Origin: Myxococcota bacterium
GTDB lineage: Bacteria; Myxococcota_A; UBA9160; UBA6930
Direction: 5' to 3'
DNA length: 64,000 nt
NCBI GenBank assembly: GCA_965223705.1
Contig: OZ245015.1
Location: 3,680,001-3,744,000 of the forward strand
How positions within the stretch are numbered: the stretch's first letter is position 1; the number at the start of each line of letters is the position of its first letter. The notes below the pieces were generated by a model that was not told the DNA's origin, did not search any database, and saw only the letters and a list, made by a program, of their open reading frames with translations. A program made the translations under genes and the position numbers. Below are positions 17,928 through 27,374 of the stretch, piece by piece.

Positions 17928-19091
17928 CTATTCCCAGAAAGTCCAACCCTTGCGCGTGGGCGACGCGCACGCGTTGTAGGCGTTCGGGTCGATCGGCTGC
18001 ATGAGTCCGGTCGTTGTCTCGCCTTCGCAGGTGACTCGGCACAGGTGCTCGTCGAGACCGACCAACGAGGCTCGGACCTCCGGGATGTTCACGTCGAAGA
18101 CATCGCCCTCGATGAGCTCTTCCTCGCCGGTATAGCCGCCCTGGTGGATTCCTTTGTCGGGAGTACCACCGTACATCCCACAGCGAAGGTAAGCCGTCTG
18201 GTTCCCGATGCGCTCGTATTCAAGCCGCTTCACCTCACCGGAGTCGAGTGTGTAGTCGACGAGTCCGGCGAGAAAGATCTTCGTGTCCTCCTCAAATCGG
18301 AAGCGTCGGTCGACCTCGACCACACGGCCCGCTCCCGGTCGCGAATCCCCGAAGTGGTAAAACGCTTTGTCGCCCCAGATCGTGAAGTTCTTGAAAGCCA
18401 CGAAGCTGTTGCCGGAGACCCCGACGTGCATCCGTCCACCGAGAGAAAGCTCGGGGCCTCCCACCCCTCGACCGATTCCCCAATGGCGATCGCGGGTGCC
18501 CCGCGCCGTACCCGATTTCAGCTCGACGCGTTCCCCTTCGATGTCGACCCACCCCTCGACCTCGCCAAAGCTCTCAAAGCCCGTGGTGACGTCGGGACGG
18601 CGGCCCTTCGGGAAGCCCCGATCGATCGGAAGCGTGGGCTCGCGGAACACTTGGCGCGTCGTGTCGGTGAAGTTGATCTCGAAGCTGATGCCCCATTCGT
18701 TCGGCTCGAGCACGTAACGCCAAAGACGCATCCCCTCGAGCACCCGAGGCGCGATCGGCCCCAACCGCATGTCCATCCGGTCCGCGCCAAGGCGGCGGAA
18801 AGCGCGCACGGTGCGGTGGACTCCCTTGTAATTGACGATGGCGTAGGCCTCGGCGCGGTCGAGGTTCGGGTAGAAGCTGCAGCCCGTCGCGACGAGAATC
18901 TCACCGCCGTCGTCGTGGCAGACCATCCAGTACCGCTCGTAGGCCCGCGGATCGCTTGTCATCATCACGCGGATCGGATCCGTGGTCTGATGAATCATGA
19001 AGTCGTCGATTGGCGAGAGTGGGAACTGCTCGGCGAAGTGCGGGTCGTCGCCAATCGTGAGCTTCGGCTGCTGCGAGCGGTCGGATGTCAT
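17928..19091 (-). CDS. Conserved hypothetical beta-rich protein
   Basis: DDFMIHQT, YERYW, YPN, RDRHWGIG motifs seen in proteins of aromatic/lipid catabolic clusters. Confidence 0.7.
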   Translation of the reverse strand: MTSDRSQQPKLTIGDDPHFAEQFPLSPIDDFMIHQTTDPIRVMMTSDPRAYERYWMVCHDDGGEILVATGCSFYPNLDRAEAYAIVNYKGVHRTVRAFRRLGADRMDMRLGPIAPRVLEGMRLWRYVLEPNEWGISFEINFTDTTRQVFREPTLPIDRGFPKGRRPDVTTGFESFGEVEGWVDIEGERVELKSGTARGTRDRHWGIGRGVGGPELSLGGRMHVGVSGNSFVAFKNFTIWGDKAFYHFGDSRPGAGRVVEVDRRFRFEEDTKIFLAGLVDYTLDSGEVKRLEYERIGNQTAYLRCGMYGGTPDKGIHQGGYTGEEELIEGDVFDVNIPEVRASLVGLDEHLCRVTCEGETTTGLMQPIDPNAYNACASPTRKGWTFWE

Positions 19092-19116
19092 TGCGGGTCC
19101 TCGTGGATAGGTTTCG

Positions 19117-19548
19117 TCATCGGCTGGTTCGGCCAGCGAAGGGATCGCGAGCGATCCTCTCTCGTAAATGGGCAGCGATTTCGGCGCGCGCCGCCGTCGA
19201 CTGGGGCGGCAGGGCTTGAATCACCTCGGCGAGTAGACCGCGCAGTTCCTTGTTGCGGTCGTGAGCGGCGCGCGCTGACAGCGGATCGATCGCGCTTTCG
19301 GGCGCGGCCCGAATGCGGGAAGCGATCTCCTCGGGCAGCTGATCGGCGAGCCTTTCCAAGAGCTCCGACGTCGCGGCATTGTCCCAGGTGAAGAAGGGCA
19401 ACATCTCCGCCCACGAACCGGCGATGCGCCGAAGTGTACCCGCGGCCGTGCGCAACCGATCCCCAGACGGGTCGTCCGCATGGCGCTCTAGTGTCCGATC
19501 GATCAATCGGGCAATTCCCTCGAGTTGCTCGTCGATGGTCGGGTGCAT
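19117..19548 (-). CDS. Small helical protein downstream of phosphotransferase (LvaB-like position)
   Basis: MHPTIDEQLEGIARLI..., RBS AAGGAG, co-oriented with kinase. Confidence 0.65.
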   Translation of the reverse strand: MHPTIDEQLEGIARLIDRTLERHADDPSGDRLRTAAGTLRRIAGSWAEMLPFFTWDNAATSELLERLADQLPEEIASRIRAAPESAIDPLSARAAHDRNKELRGLLAEVIQALPPQSTAARAEIAAHLRERIARDPFAGRTSR

Positions 19549-19559
19549 GCCGGATCTCC

Positions 19560-20552
19560 TTACGACTCCATCAGGTCGAGCCCGGCCAGCACACAGCCGT
19601 TGGTTAGCCGGTACATGATCTCGGTTCGGTCGGCGAGATAGGATCGGAGGCCGGTGACTTGCATAACCGCCGTCTTGAAGCACGCCATCGTGTTCCACCA
19701 GCGCACGGCCTCGAGGTCGACCTCGATGTTTGCGCGGGCAGCGTAACGTTCGAAGAGCTGCTCCCGCTCCCACGCGCCGGGAATGAGATGTTCGCGGGTG
19801 CGCAGAGGTTGAGTGATCCAACCGATGTCATCCAGCGGATCGCCCAGGTGCGTGAGCTCCCAGTCGAGCAGAAGAACGACTTCATCGTCTTCGTCGAGAA
19901 GAATGTTCCCCGCTTTGAAGTCGCCATGCACCAGGACCGTTCGCTGGGAACGCGGGGCGTTGGCGGCCAGCCAGTCGATCATGAGCTCGAGCTCGGGCAG
20001 CGGTTCGATCTGGTCCGCACGCAGGACGCCGATCCATTGGTCGAGGGAGGCCCGGGCCGCGTCGGGCCCGGGATCGGAAAGAACCGCATCGACCTCGAGG
20101 GCTTTCCAATCGACGCGGTGAATGTCGGCCAACAGGTCGCACAGTCGTTCGGCCAACGCGACGCGACGCTCGAGTGGCCATGCGCCGTTGATGGCGAAGT
20201 AATCGCAGTGGCCGGTTCCGCGCTCCATAATAAGGGAGGGTCGTCCGAGCTCGCTCCCGTCAGGATCGAGCCAGAGGGCCCGCGGCGCCGGAATGAAACT
20301 TGGCTCGATCGCCTGGAGAACCGCGAACTCGGTTCGACGGTCGCTTTCGAGCAGACCCCCTTCCGGGTCCCGTCGCGCGATGAGGGGTCGAGTGTGGGTC
20401 TGGCCGTTTTCAACCCAGCTGAGATCGAAGATCCAGTTCTCGCGGGACAAGCCCGTCGAGACTCGCTCCACCTCGCCAACGTTCAATTCCGATGCGTGCG
20501 GGAGTTGTCGAGCCAAGAAAGACACGAGCAACGACTCGACATCTGCAACCAA
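19560..20552 (-). CDS. APH-family phosphotransferase (ACAD10/11-kinase/LvaA-like)
   Basis: GLSRE, LVHGDFKAGN, LLDWEL.HLGDPLDD. Confidence 0.9.
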   Translation of the reverse strand: MVADVESLLVSFLARQLPHASELNVGEVERVSTGLSRENWIFDLSWVENGQTHTRPLIARRDPEGGLLESDRRTEFAVLQAIEPSFIPAPRALWLDPDGSELGRPSLIMERGTGHCDYFAINGAWPLERRVALAERLCDLLADIHRVDWKALEVDAVLSDPGPDAARASLDQWIGVLRADQIEPLPELELMIDWLAANAPRSQRTVLVHGDFKAGNILLDEDDEVVLLLDWELTHLGDPLDDIGWITQPLRTREHLIPGAWEREQLFERYAARANIEVDLEAVRWWNTMACFKTAVMQVTGLRSYLADRTEIMYRLTNGCVLAGLDLMES

Positions 20553-20587
20553 CCTTCGATCTCCAACGAGCGCGCGAGCGTAGTCAC

Positions 20588-21355
20588 CTAGGCGCGAGCG
20601 AGTTGACCCAGTTTCGACTTGAGGGTGCGTAAAGCGTTCTTGTTCGCACCCTTGATCGCTTCCATCGTGGGCGGTTTCTCGCTGATATCACCGAGCTCGG
20701 CGAGCGCGACGTGAACTTCGTCGTGGCCTTCGACTCGCTTCATCCTCTCCATCCAACCGCGGACCTTCGGATAGGGATCGAAGTCGTAGACGTTTGTGAA
20801 GCCGGGTTGCAGCTGACCGATCTCGACATACGCAGCGAAATCGGCCAAAGAAAGATCTTCCCCCGCCAGGTAAGAAGACTCGGCCAGCCAGCCGGTTTCC
20901 ATCCCTTGCAGTGCCCGTGTCAGAGTCGCTTCCGCGGCGCGCTGAGTCGACTCGGGAATATCGAGATCTTTTCGAATCTTGGGAGCAACGAGACCGATGG
21001 AGGCTTCCCGAACGCTGCGATGGTGGGCGTGCAAGTACCAATCCACCTTGGCTCGGCGCTCGAGATCCTCGGGATAGACGTCCGCCCACCCGTACTTGCG
21101 ACTCAGGTATCCCATGATCGCGTGCGCCTCGGCGAGGACGAAGCCGGTGTCCGGCTCTTCGATCATGGGAATCGTCCCTGCAGGATTCTTCGCGAGATAC
21201 TTCGGGTTCCGGCTTCCGGACTCTCCCTCCGAGCCCGGGTTGATCAAAATCATTTCGAACGGGGTTCGCTTGTACAGCATCAGCCACATCACAGCCCGCA
21301 CGGGTTGCGAGAACGGGACGCCATACGACAAGAGAGGTCGTGCGTTGGAAGTCAT
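20588..21355 (-). CDS. Glutathione S-transferase, theta-like
   Basis: SQPVRAV, NPAGTIP, LAEAHAI, SLAD. Confidence 0.9.
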   Translation of the reverse strand: MTSNARPLLSYGVPFSQPVRAVMWLMLYKRTPFEMILINPGSEGESGSRNPKYLAKNPAGTIPMIEEPDTGFVLAEAHAIMGYLSRKYGWADVYPEDLERRAKVDWYLHAHHRSVREASIGLVAPKIRKDLDIPESTQRAAEATLTRALQGMETGWLAESSYLAGEDLSLADFAAYVEIGQLQPGFTNVYDFDPYPKVRGWMERMKRVEGHDEVHVALAELGDISEKPPTMEAIKGANKNALRTLKSKLGQLARA

Positions 21356-21451
21356 CGGTACTAGAGCCCGGGACAGAATAACTCGCGATGCCCTAGAGAA
21401 ACCCTAGATCGGGTACTTTTCCACCACCACTCGCGAAAAGAAGGAAATCGA

Positions 21452-22540
21452 ATGGAACTCGGCTATTTCATGATGCCGCTGCACCATGCGGAGAGCATCT
21501 ACCACGACACCCTCCAAGAAGATATCGAAGCGGTGGTGTATGCGGATGAGCTCGGATTCAGCGAAGCCTGGGTAGGCGAACATTACTCGGCCGCTGTCGA
21601 ACAGATCACCTCCCCGCTCCTCTTCCACGCGAACCTGATCGCGAGGACGAAGCAGATCAAGCTGGCGACGGGCGTCATTTGCTTGCCGCAATACCACCCC
21701 GCCGTGGTCGCCGGGCAAGCCGCGATGTTTGATCACCTGAGCGAGGGCCGCTTCATCATGGGTGTCGGTCCCGGTGGCCTCCCTTCGGATTTCGAGCTGT
21801 TTGGCGTGTTGAAGAAGGATCGTATGGCGATGGCTGAGGAATCCATCCGACAGATCCTCGCGCTGTGGTCGCAGGAGCCGCCCTACGAGATCTCGGGGGA
21901 ACACTGGAACATTGAGATGAGCCAGTGGACGCAGCACGACATCAAACTCGGTTACCTCCCGCGTCCCTACCAACAACCTCACCCGCCTATTGCTATTTCA
22001 GCGGTGAGTCCTGCTTCTGGATCGCTGCGCTACGCGGGGACCCAGGGGTTCATGCCCGTTTCGGCGAACTTCATTGCCGACTGGGTGCTGGAGACGCACT
22101 GGCCCGCCTACGCGGAGGGGGCCGAGAGCGCCGGTCTTACCCCGGACCCGAAGGATTGGCATGTCGCGCGAAGCATCTATGTCGCAGAAACGGATGCCGA
22201 GGCCGAGCAGTTCGTGGACCAAAGCGGTGGGGCGTACGCCTACTACTACGAATATCTGTTCAAGATCTTCGACCGCTCGAAATATCGAGGCCCTTTCGTC
22301 GCGCACCGCGATGACGATCCCGAGACTCTAGACCCCGAAACAATGCGTGAGGCTTGTGTCATCCACGGCAGCCCCGAAACCGTTGCCGAGAAGGTTCTTC
22401 AAATGCGCGATCGCATCGGCGACTTCGGCACCCTCCTCTATGCTGCACACGACTGGCAGGACAAGGACGCAATGAAGCGATCGATGCGTCTCATGGCTGA
22501 AGAGGTGATGCCGAACATCAACCGCCAGCTGCAGCCCTAG
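21452..22540 (+). CDS. LLM-class flavin-dependent monooxygenase
   Basis: ADELGFSEAWVGEH, GVGPGGLPSD, PYQQPHPP. Confidence 0.92.
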   Translation: MELGYFMMPLHHAESIYHDTLQEDIEAVVYADELGFSEAWVGEHYSAAVEQITSPLLFHANLIARTKQIKLATGVICLPQYHPAVVAGQAAMFDHLSEGRFIMGVGPGGLPSDFELFGVLKKDRMAMAEESIRQILALWSQEPPYEISGEHWNIEMSQWTQHDIKLGYLPRPYQQPHPPIAISAVSPASGSLRYAGTQGFMPVSANFIADWVLETHWPAYAEGAESAGLTPDPKDWHVARSIYVAETDAEAEQFVDQSGGAYAYYYEYLFKIFDRSKYRGPFVAHRDDDPETLDPETMREACVIHGSPETVAEKVLQMRDRIGDFGTLLYAAHDWQDKDAMKRSMRLMAEEVMPNINRQLQP

Positions 22541-24138
22541 CGGAGCTCGAACCCCTCGTAGCCCTTCGCGGCGACGTCGGCAAAGATCTCGCGGTAGAGC
22601 GGCACACCTCCCGCAAAGAGCAGGAAGCGACCGCGGACGTTCTCGTCGTTGTTGGTTCCGAAAAACCACGAGTCCTGCATCTCCTCGATGAGTAGACCCT
22701 TCAGGGAGTCGTAGCAGCGCTGGGTCCAGGCTTCTTCCGCTTCGGCCGTGGTGACGATGCTGTTGTAGCCGTTCTCGCGCACGTAGCGGATACAGTCGAC
22801 AATCCACTCGACGTTGTTCTCAACGCAACGCGTGATGTTGCAGAACGTCGCCGGGTTGTGGGGACCCATGACAGCGAACATGTTGGGAAAGCCCGAGAAC
22901 TGAACGCCCAGGTTGGTCTTGGGCCCATCGGACCAGTGTTCGCGAAGCGAACGCCCTCCTTCGCCGTAAATGTCCATCCGCATCAGCTCGCCGGTGAGGG
23001 CTTGGAAGCCGGTGGCATAAATGATGATGTCGAGGTCGTGGTGCTCGTCTCCCGTCTGGATTCCGGTAGGCGTGATCTTTGAGATCGGTGTCGCGCGCAG
23101 GTCGATGAGCGCCACGTTGTCGCGGTTGAACTGCTCGTAATAGTCCCGCTCTCCCGGGCAGCGCTTGGTGCCGAAGGTGTGGCTCTTGGGAATGAGCTTC
23201 TCAGCGATCTCCGGGTCGTCGACCCGTTCTCGGATCTTCTCGGCCAGAAACTCCGAGACCTCTCCCGCGACTTCAGCGGAGGTGAACGTGTCGGTGTAGT
23301 TGCCGAGCCACAGCGCGAACCCGCCGCGGTCGTAGAGCTCCTGGTAGCGCGCCATGCGTTCGGCTTTGGGCACGCCTTCGCTGGGGATGGAGTCATCTCC
23401 GTGGATGAAACCCGCGAAGGTGCGCTTGCACACATCGAAGATCTCATGCGCCCGCTCTTTCAGTTCGCGCTGTTCCTCCGGATCGATCGGGCGGTTGCGC
23501 AGCGGCGTGCACCAGTTGGCCGTGCGCTGGAACACCGTGAGGTGTTCCGCTTCTTTAGCGACCTCCTGGATGACCTGAACGGCCGTGGGGCCACTCCCGA
23601 TGACGCCGACCCGCTTTCCGGTGAAATCGATCGGCTCCTTGGGCCACCGCGCCGTGTGGAGCGACAACCCTTCGAAGCTTTCAACCCCCTCGTAGTCGGG
23701 GAGCTGGTGAGCCGACAGCAACCCCGTAGCTGCAATCACGAAGTGTGCCCGCGCGCGCTGACCGTCTTCGGTCTCGATCTCCCATTGCTTCTCTGCCTCG
23801 TCGTAAGTCACGGTGCGAACGCGAGCGTTGAGTTCGATATCGCGCTTCAGATCCAACTTGTCGGCGACAAAGTGGAGGTAGCGCTCGATCTCGGGCTGTG
23901 CAGCAAAGTGCTCGCTCCACTCCCATTCATCGAGGAGTTCCTGCGAGAACGAGTACTGGTAGCTGTAACTCTCGGAATCGAATCGGGCACCCGGGTAGCG
24001 GTTCCAATACCAGGTGCCTCCGATTCCGGTTCCCGCCTCGAAGACTCGAGCTGAGAGGCCGAGCTCGCGCAGGCAGTGGAGCGAGTAGAGGCCGGAAACC
24101 CCGGCACCGATTACGATCGCGTCATACGTCTGTGTCAT
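22537..24138 (-). CDS. Type I Baeyer-Villiger monooxygenase
   Basis: GAGVSG, GGTWYWNRYPG, FEGLSLHTARWP, GSGPTA. Confidence 0.95.
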   Translation of the reverse strand: MTQTYDAIVIGAGVSGLYSLHCLRELGLSARVFEAGTGIGGTWYWNRYPGARFDSESYSYQYSFSQELLDEWEWSEHFAAQPEIERYLHFVADKLDLKRDIELNARVRTVTYDEAEKQWEIETEDGQRARAHFVIAATGLLSAHQLPDYEGVESFEGLSLHTARWPKEPIDFTGKRVGVIGSGPTAVQVIQEVAKEAEHLTVFQRTANWCTPLRNRPIDPEEQRELKERAHEIFDVCKRTFAGFIHGDDSIPSEGVPKAERMARYQELYDRGGFALWLGNYTDTFTSAEVAGEVSEFLAEKIRERVDDPEIAEKLIPKSHTFGTKRCPGERDYYEQFNRDNVALIDLRATPISKITPTGIQTGDEHHDLDIIIYATGFQALTGELMRMDIYGEGGRSLREHWSDGPKTNLGVQFSGFPNMFAVMGPHNPATFCNITRCVENNVEWIVDCIRYVRENGYNSIVTTAEAEEAWTQRCYDSLKGLLIEEMQDSWFFGTNNDENVRGRFLLFAGGVPLYREIFADVAAKGYEGFELR

Positions 24139-24451
24139 TGAATGCGTCCTTCTGATTGAGTCGCGAGAGGCCGCCTTTGGCCGGTCGTGCGGAGGTGCGC
24201 CATTCGGCGGGGGCCTCTCCAACTTCGAGACGAAGCTCCAGCGCGGATTGCCCGATCCGCTCCGAGCGAATCACCAAGTGGTTCTGCTCTTCGTCCACAC
24301 TGACAACAAAATTCAGCGCTAAGCGAATCTCGGCGTCTCCCGGACGACGCGCCTGATCGATGCCCGCGCGGACGAGCACCTCGTCCAGGATCGCTTCGCC
24401 GAGATCCTGATAAGCGATGACCGGATCGTCCACGGTTTCGGTCTTCTTCAC
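24122..24451 (-). CDS. Hypothetical protein
   Basis: GTGA-coupled to upstream kinase and overlapping BVMO start. Confidence 0.5.
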   Translation of the reverse strand: MKKTETVDDPVIAYQDLGEAILDEVLVRAGIDQARRPGDAEIRLALNFVVSVDEEQNHLVIRSERIGQSALELRLEVGEAPAEWRTSARPAKGGLSRLNQKDAFNDTDV

Positions 24452-25629
24452 GACGACTCCGATAACGCGTCGAGGTCGTCGATCGCAACGGTGATCCGCC
24501 GAATCATCTCCATCGAAATCGACTCGGGTTGCATGTCAGGCAGCGTGGGCGGTGGGCACAAGGTGGGTGTCCACATCAGCAGCGCGGCAAAGGTTTGTCG
24601 GCGGTACCCATCCCACGCGGTGGCTGTGTCAATGGTCTTGCCCGAAACCTCTCCCAAGCGCGCACAGTAGTGTTCGATGAGCTTCTCTTCCCAGGCGCGC
24701 CGGTCCTCGACGGTGAGGGTTGTGCTCAAAGCGTAGGCAAGGTCCCGCGCCCAATGGCCCCGGCAGACCCGCGCCCAGTCGCTGAGCCCCATGCGACCGT
24801 CTTCGGTGACGTACCAATTGCCCAAATGCACGTCGGAGTGGATCACCGTTCTTGGGTGGTCGTCGTGCATTCGAAGCGATTCCACCGCGGCGGGCCAGAT
24901 CCGGGATTTTCGTGCGGTCACCCCGGCGGGGACCACGTCGGCCGCCCGTTCCATCGCTCGGTCGTGTCCGTCCTCGATTCGGTTTCTCGCTGCGGCGTGA
25001 AAAAAGTCTTCGTAGGTTCGCAGGAACCCGACGTCGTACGCGTGCGACGGGTTCAAGAACGTTCCGTGCAACGTCGCCAACGTATCCACCACCTGAGTGG
25101 CCTGGTCTTGGTCGATGGTCCAGTTGACGACTTCGCAGAAGTCGGCGCCCCGAGTGGTGGTCAGGTCTTCCATCAGATGGAACGACCGACCCGTGCGTAC
25201 GTCGCGCGCCGTGTAGAGACAGCGGGGCGCCTCGATGGGGAGAGCCGGTCGGAGATCGGTCAAAAAGCGGCCCTCCGAGGGCGCCGACTTTCCTGCGGAC
25301 AGTCGCATCGGAAGTGTTGGGGTCGCTTTCGCGAACAATCGATCGGGGAGTCCTGCGGAACGCCCGGCTTCGTTCCAGGTCACCGAGAGGATGCGGCGCG
25401 CGCTCGAGCCGTTGTCACCGCCCACGACCTCGACGCGTTCGACCTCGGCGCCCGGGGTCCCCGCGCCCACGACGTTTGTCAGCCACTCCGGCGTGACCGC
25501 CTCGCCGTGCCAGGGGACATCGCTCGGAACGCTCGGGCTCGGCCGCCGGATGTTGTCCGAGATCGCGTATGCGGCGATGCGTGCTCGGCTCGGCAGGGTC
25601 GACGCGTCGATGACCGTGGCGCTCGTCAT
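24448..25629 (-). CDS. Phosphotransferase (ecdysteroid/choline kinase-like)
   Basis: HSDVHLGNWY, LSDW, RDLAY. Confidence 0.85.
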   Translation of the reverse strand: MTSATVIDASTLPSRARIAAYAISDNIRRPSPSVPSDVPWHGEAVTPEWLTNVVGAGTPGAEVERVEVVGGDNGSSARRILSVTWNEAGRSAGLPDRLFAKATPTLPMRLSAGKSAPSEGRFLTDLRPALPIEAPRCLYTARDVRTGRSFHLMEDLTTTRGADFCEVVNWTIDQDQATQVVDTLATLHGTFLNPSHAYDVGFLRTYEDFFHAAARNRIEDGHDRAMERAADVVPAGVTARKSRIWPAAVESLRMHDDHPRTVIHSDVHLGNWYVTEDGRMGLSDWARVCRGHWARDLAYALSTTLTVEDRRAWEEKLIEHYCARLGEVSGKTIDTATAWDGYRRQTFAALLMWTPTLCPPPTLPDMQPESISMEMIRRITVAIDDLDALSESS

Positions 25630-25633
25630 GGTC

Positions 25634-26227
25634 CTAGTGCCCCTTCGTTCGGCCCGGCGACAGCTCCCGGTTGCCGCGCACCACGCGCAACTCGCCGCTT
25701 CGAGACAGCCGTTGATATCCTCGGGTCAGACCGCGCAGATATTCCGCGCCGCCGTCGAGGCTCTGGGGTGTCATGCCTTCTACAAGCTTCTCGACGTAAC
25801 CGACGCCGCGCGCGGTGGTTTCGCGTAGAAAGCGTCGCCCAGACGCGGTTAACGACACCAACCTCTCGCGCCCGGAATCGGGGTCTTCTTCGATGGCGAC
25901 GTATTCGAGAGGCGGCCGGTGCATTTCGCGCAGGGCCTTTGAGACCGCCGACGGCGAGATCTCAAACCAGGTCTGGAGCGCGCGCTCGATCTCTTTGCGG
26001 CGCATCACCTGGCCGTCTTGTCCCTCGGACCGGATCAGCCACAGGATCGCGACTTGCTTACGCGACAAAACCCCGCCTGAGAGCACCTCTTCCAGAGCCG
26101 TGCCCATCTGGTAGTGAACCGGGTAGAAGAACTCGAGAAGATCGGCGGGCGTAGTCGGACGCGACGCGGCGCGATCTGCGCTGGTGGGCAATGGGGGGCC
26201 TCCTTCGCTCTCGAAGATTTTACTCAA
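25634..26227 (-). CDS. MarR-family regulator
   Basis: wHTH signature ..DPDSGRERLVSLTASGR. Confidence 0.8.
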   Translation of the reverse strand: MSKIFESEGGPPLPTSADRAASRPTTPADLLEFFYPVHYQMGTALEEVLSGGVLSRKQVAILWLIRSEGQDGQVMRRKEIERALQTWFEISPSAVSKALREMHRPPLEYVAIEEDPDSGRERLVSLTASGRRFLRETTARGVGYVEKLVEGMTPQSLDGGAEYLRGLTRGYQRLSRSGELRVVRGNRELSPGRTKGH

Positions 26228-26295
26228 CTATTGCCTTTGCTCAATAATTTGCCGTGGTGGTCGCTCAGCGGCAGCAAGGCCCGTTTCTCGAAGGT

Positions 26296-27363
26296 TCAAC
26301 GAGCGCCTTGGAACGCCTTCGTAACGAAGGGCGAAGTCATCGCCCTCACCAGCGCGCTGTAGTTCAGCTGAAACCTCGCCTCTGTGCCGGGCGCGCGGTG
26401 GGTGGAGCCGGTGTCCGTGATCAGGTGATCGCTACTCGCTCCGAGAATCTCGATCCCTGATGGGGGGCGGAGACCCTCGGGGTCCGTATCTTGCCGACCG
26501 ATTGCAAAGATTGTCTGCGAGATCGTGCCGGCGCGACTTGGAGAGGAAGTCTCTCCAAACGCGTTCTGAGCGGTTTCCCCCCATGGTGCAGAGGGCTTGC
26601 GTTTGGATTCAATGACTTCGGCGACGAGCTCGAAGGCGTCCGTGTGAAGCGCCTCGATGGGCTTCCGGTCGAGGGGATCGCAACCGAGTAGAATCGATTC
26701 GCCCAATCGGAGATTGTTCACACGTCCGGTATCCGGACAATCGAGCGCCCACGAGAGGCCGCTCGAGTTGCCTCCGGAGACCGTCTCAAGAACGATCCCG
26801 AACTTGTCATCCACCGAGTCGGCCAACTCGGACAGGACCGCCATGTTGGTTGGGCTCGGACAGACCCCGTTTCGGCAAGCGAGATTGGCTCCGATCCCCT
26901 TTAGTACGATGTTGGGGAGCCCGATCGTCTTCTGCACAGTACTCACCAGATCGCCGGGAAGGATTCCTTCCCTGAGGTCTCCCAGCTCAACCATCAGCAA
27001 GATCCCGTGGGTTCGGTCGGCTCTCTCCGCCGCATGCGAGAGCAGTCCGATGATTTCGATCTCTGTGTTGAAGCTTATGTCCGAACTCATCACGACGCGG
27101 TCCACCTGACTTCGCATCGGAGAACGAATCAGCGTCATCGGAATCTCTCGCTGCGCGACGCGCATCGCTTCGATGTTGGCGATGCGTGAGTCTCCGAGAT
27201 CGGTGACACCAGCGCGAAGGAAAGCGCTGGCAATTTCCGGAGATCCGAGGGTGGCTTTTGTTACACCGGTAACCGAGATGCCGCGCGTCGCTAGACGCGT
27301 CACCAGTGCGCTGGCGTTGTCTTCAATTTTTCCGAGATCGATCTCGAGGCGCGGAGCGGGCAC
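26296..27363 (-). CDS. PLP-dependent alanine/ornithine racemase family protein
   Basis: GVTKA (PLP Lys), DSRIANI, GDLREG, SGGNS, LRLGE, SSDH. Confidence 0.9.
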   Translation of the reverse strand: MPAPRLEIDLGKIEDNASALVTRLATRGISVTGVTKATLGSPEIASAFLRAGVTDLGDSRIANIEAMRVAQREIPMTLIRSPMRSQVDRVVMSSDISFNTEIEIIGLLSHAAERADRTHGILLMVELGDLREGILPGDLVSTVQKTIGLPNIVLKGIGANLACRNGVCPSPTNMAVLSELADSVDDKFGIVLETVSGGNSSGLSWALDCPDTGRVNNLRLGESILLGCDPLDRKPIEALHTDAFELVAEVIESKRKPSAPWGETAQNAFGETSSPSRAGTISQTIFAIGRQDTDPEGLRPPSGIEILGASSDHLITDTGSTHRAPGTEARFQLNYSALVRAMTSPFVTKAFQGAR

Positions 27364-27374
27364 CCGGCGCCGAC

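Noticed and set aside
24529..26154. 541-aa plus-strand ORF
   Set aside because: Antisense to kinase and MarR genes; no recognisable domain
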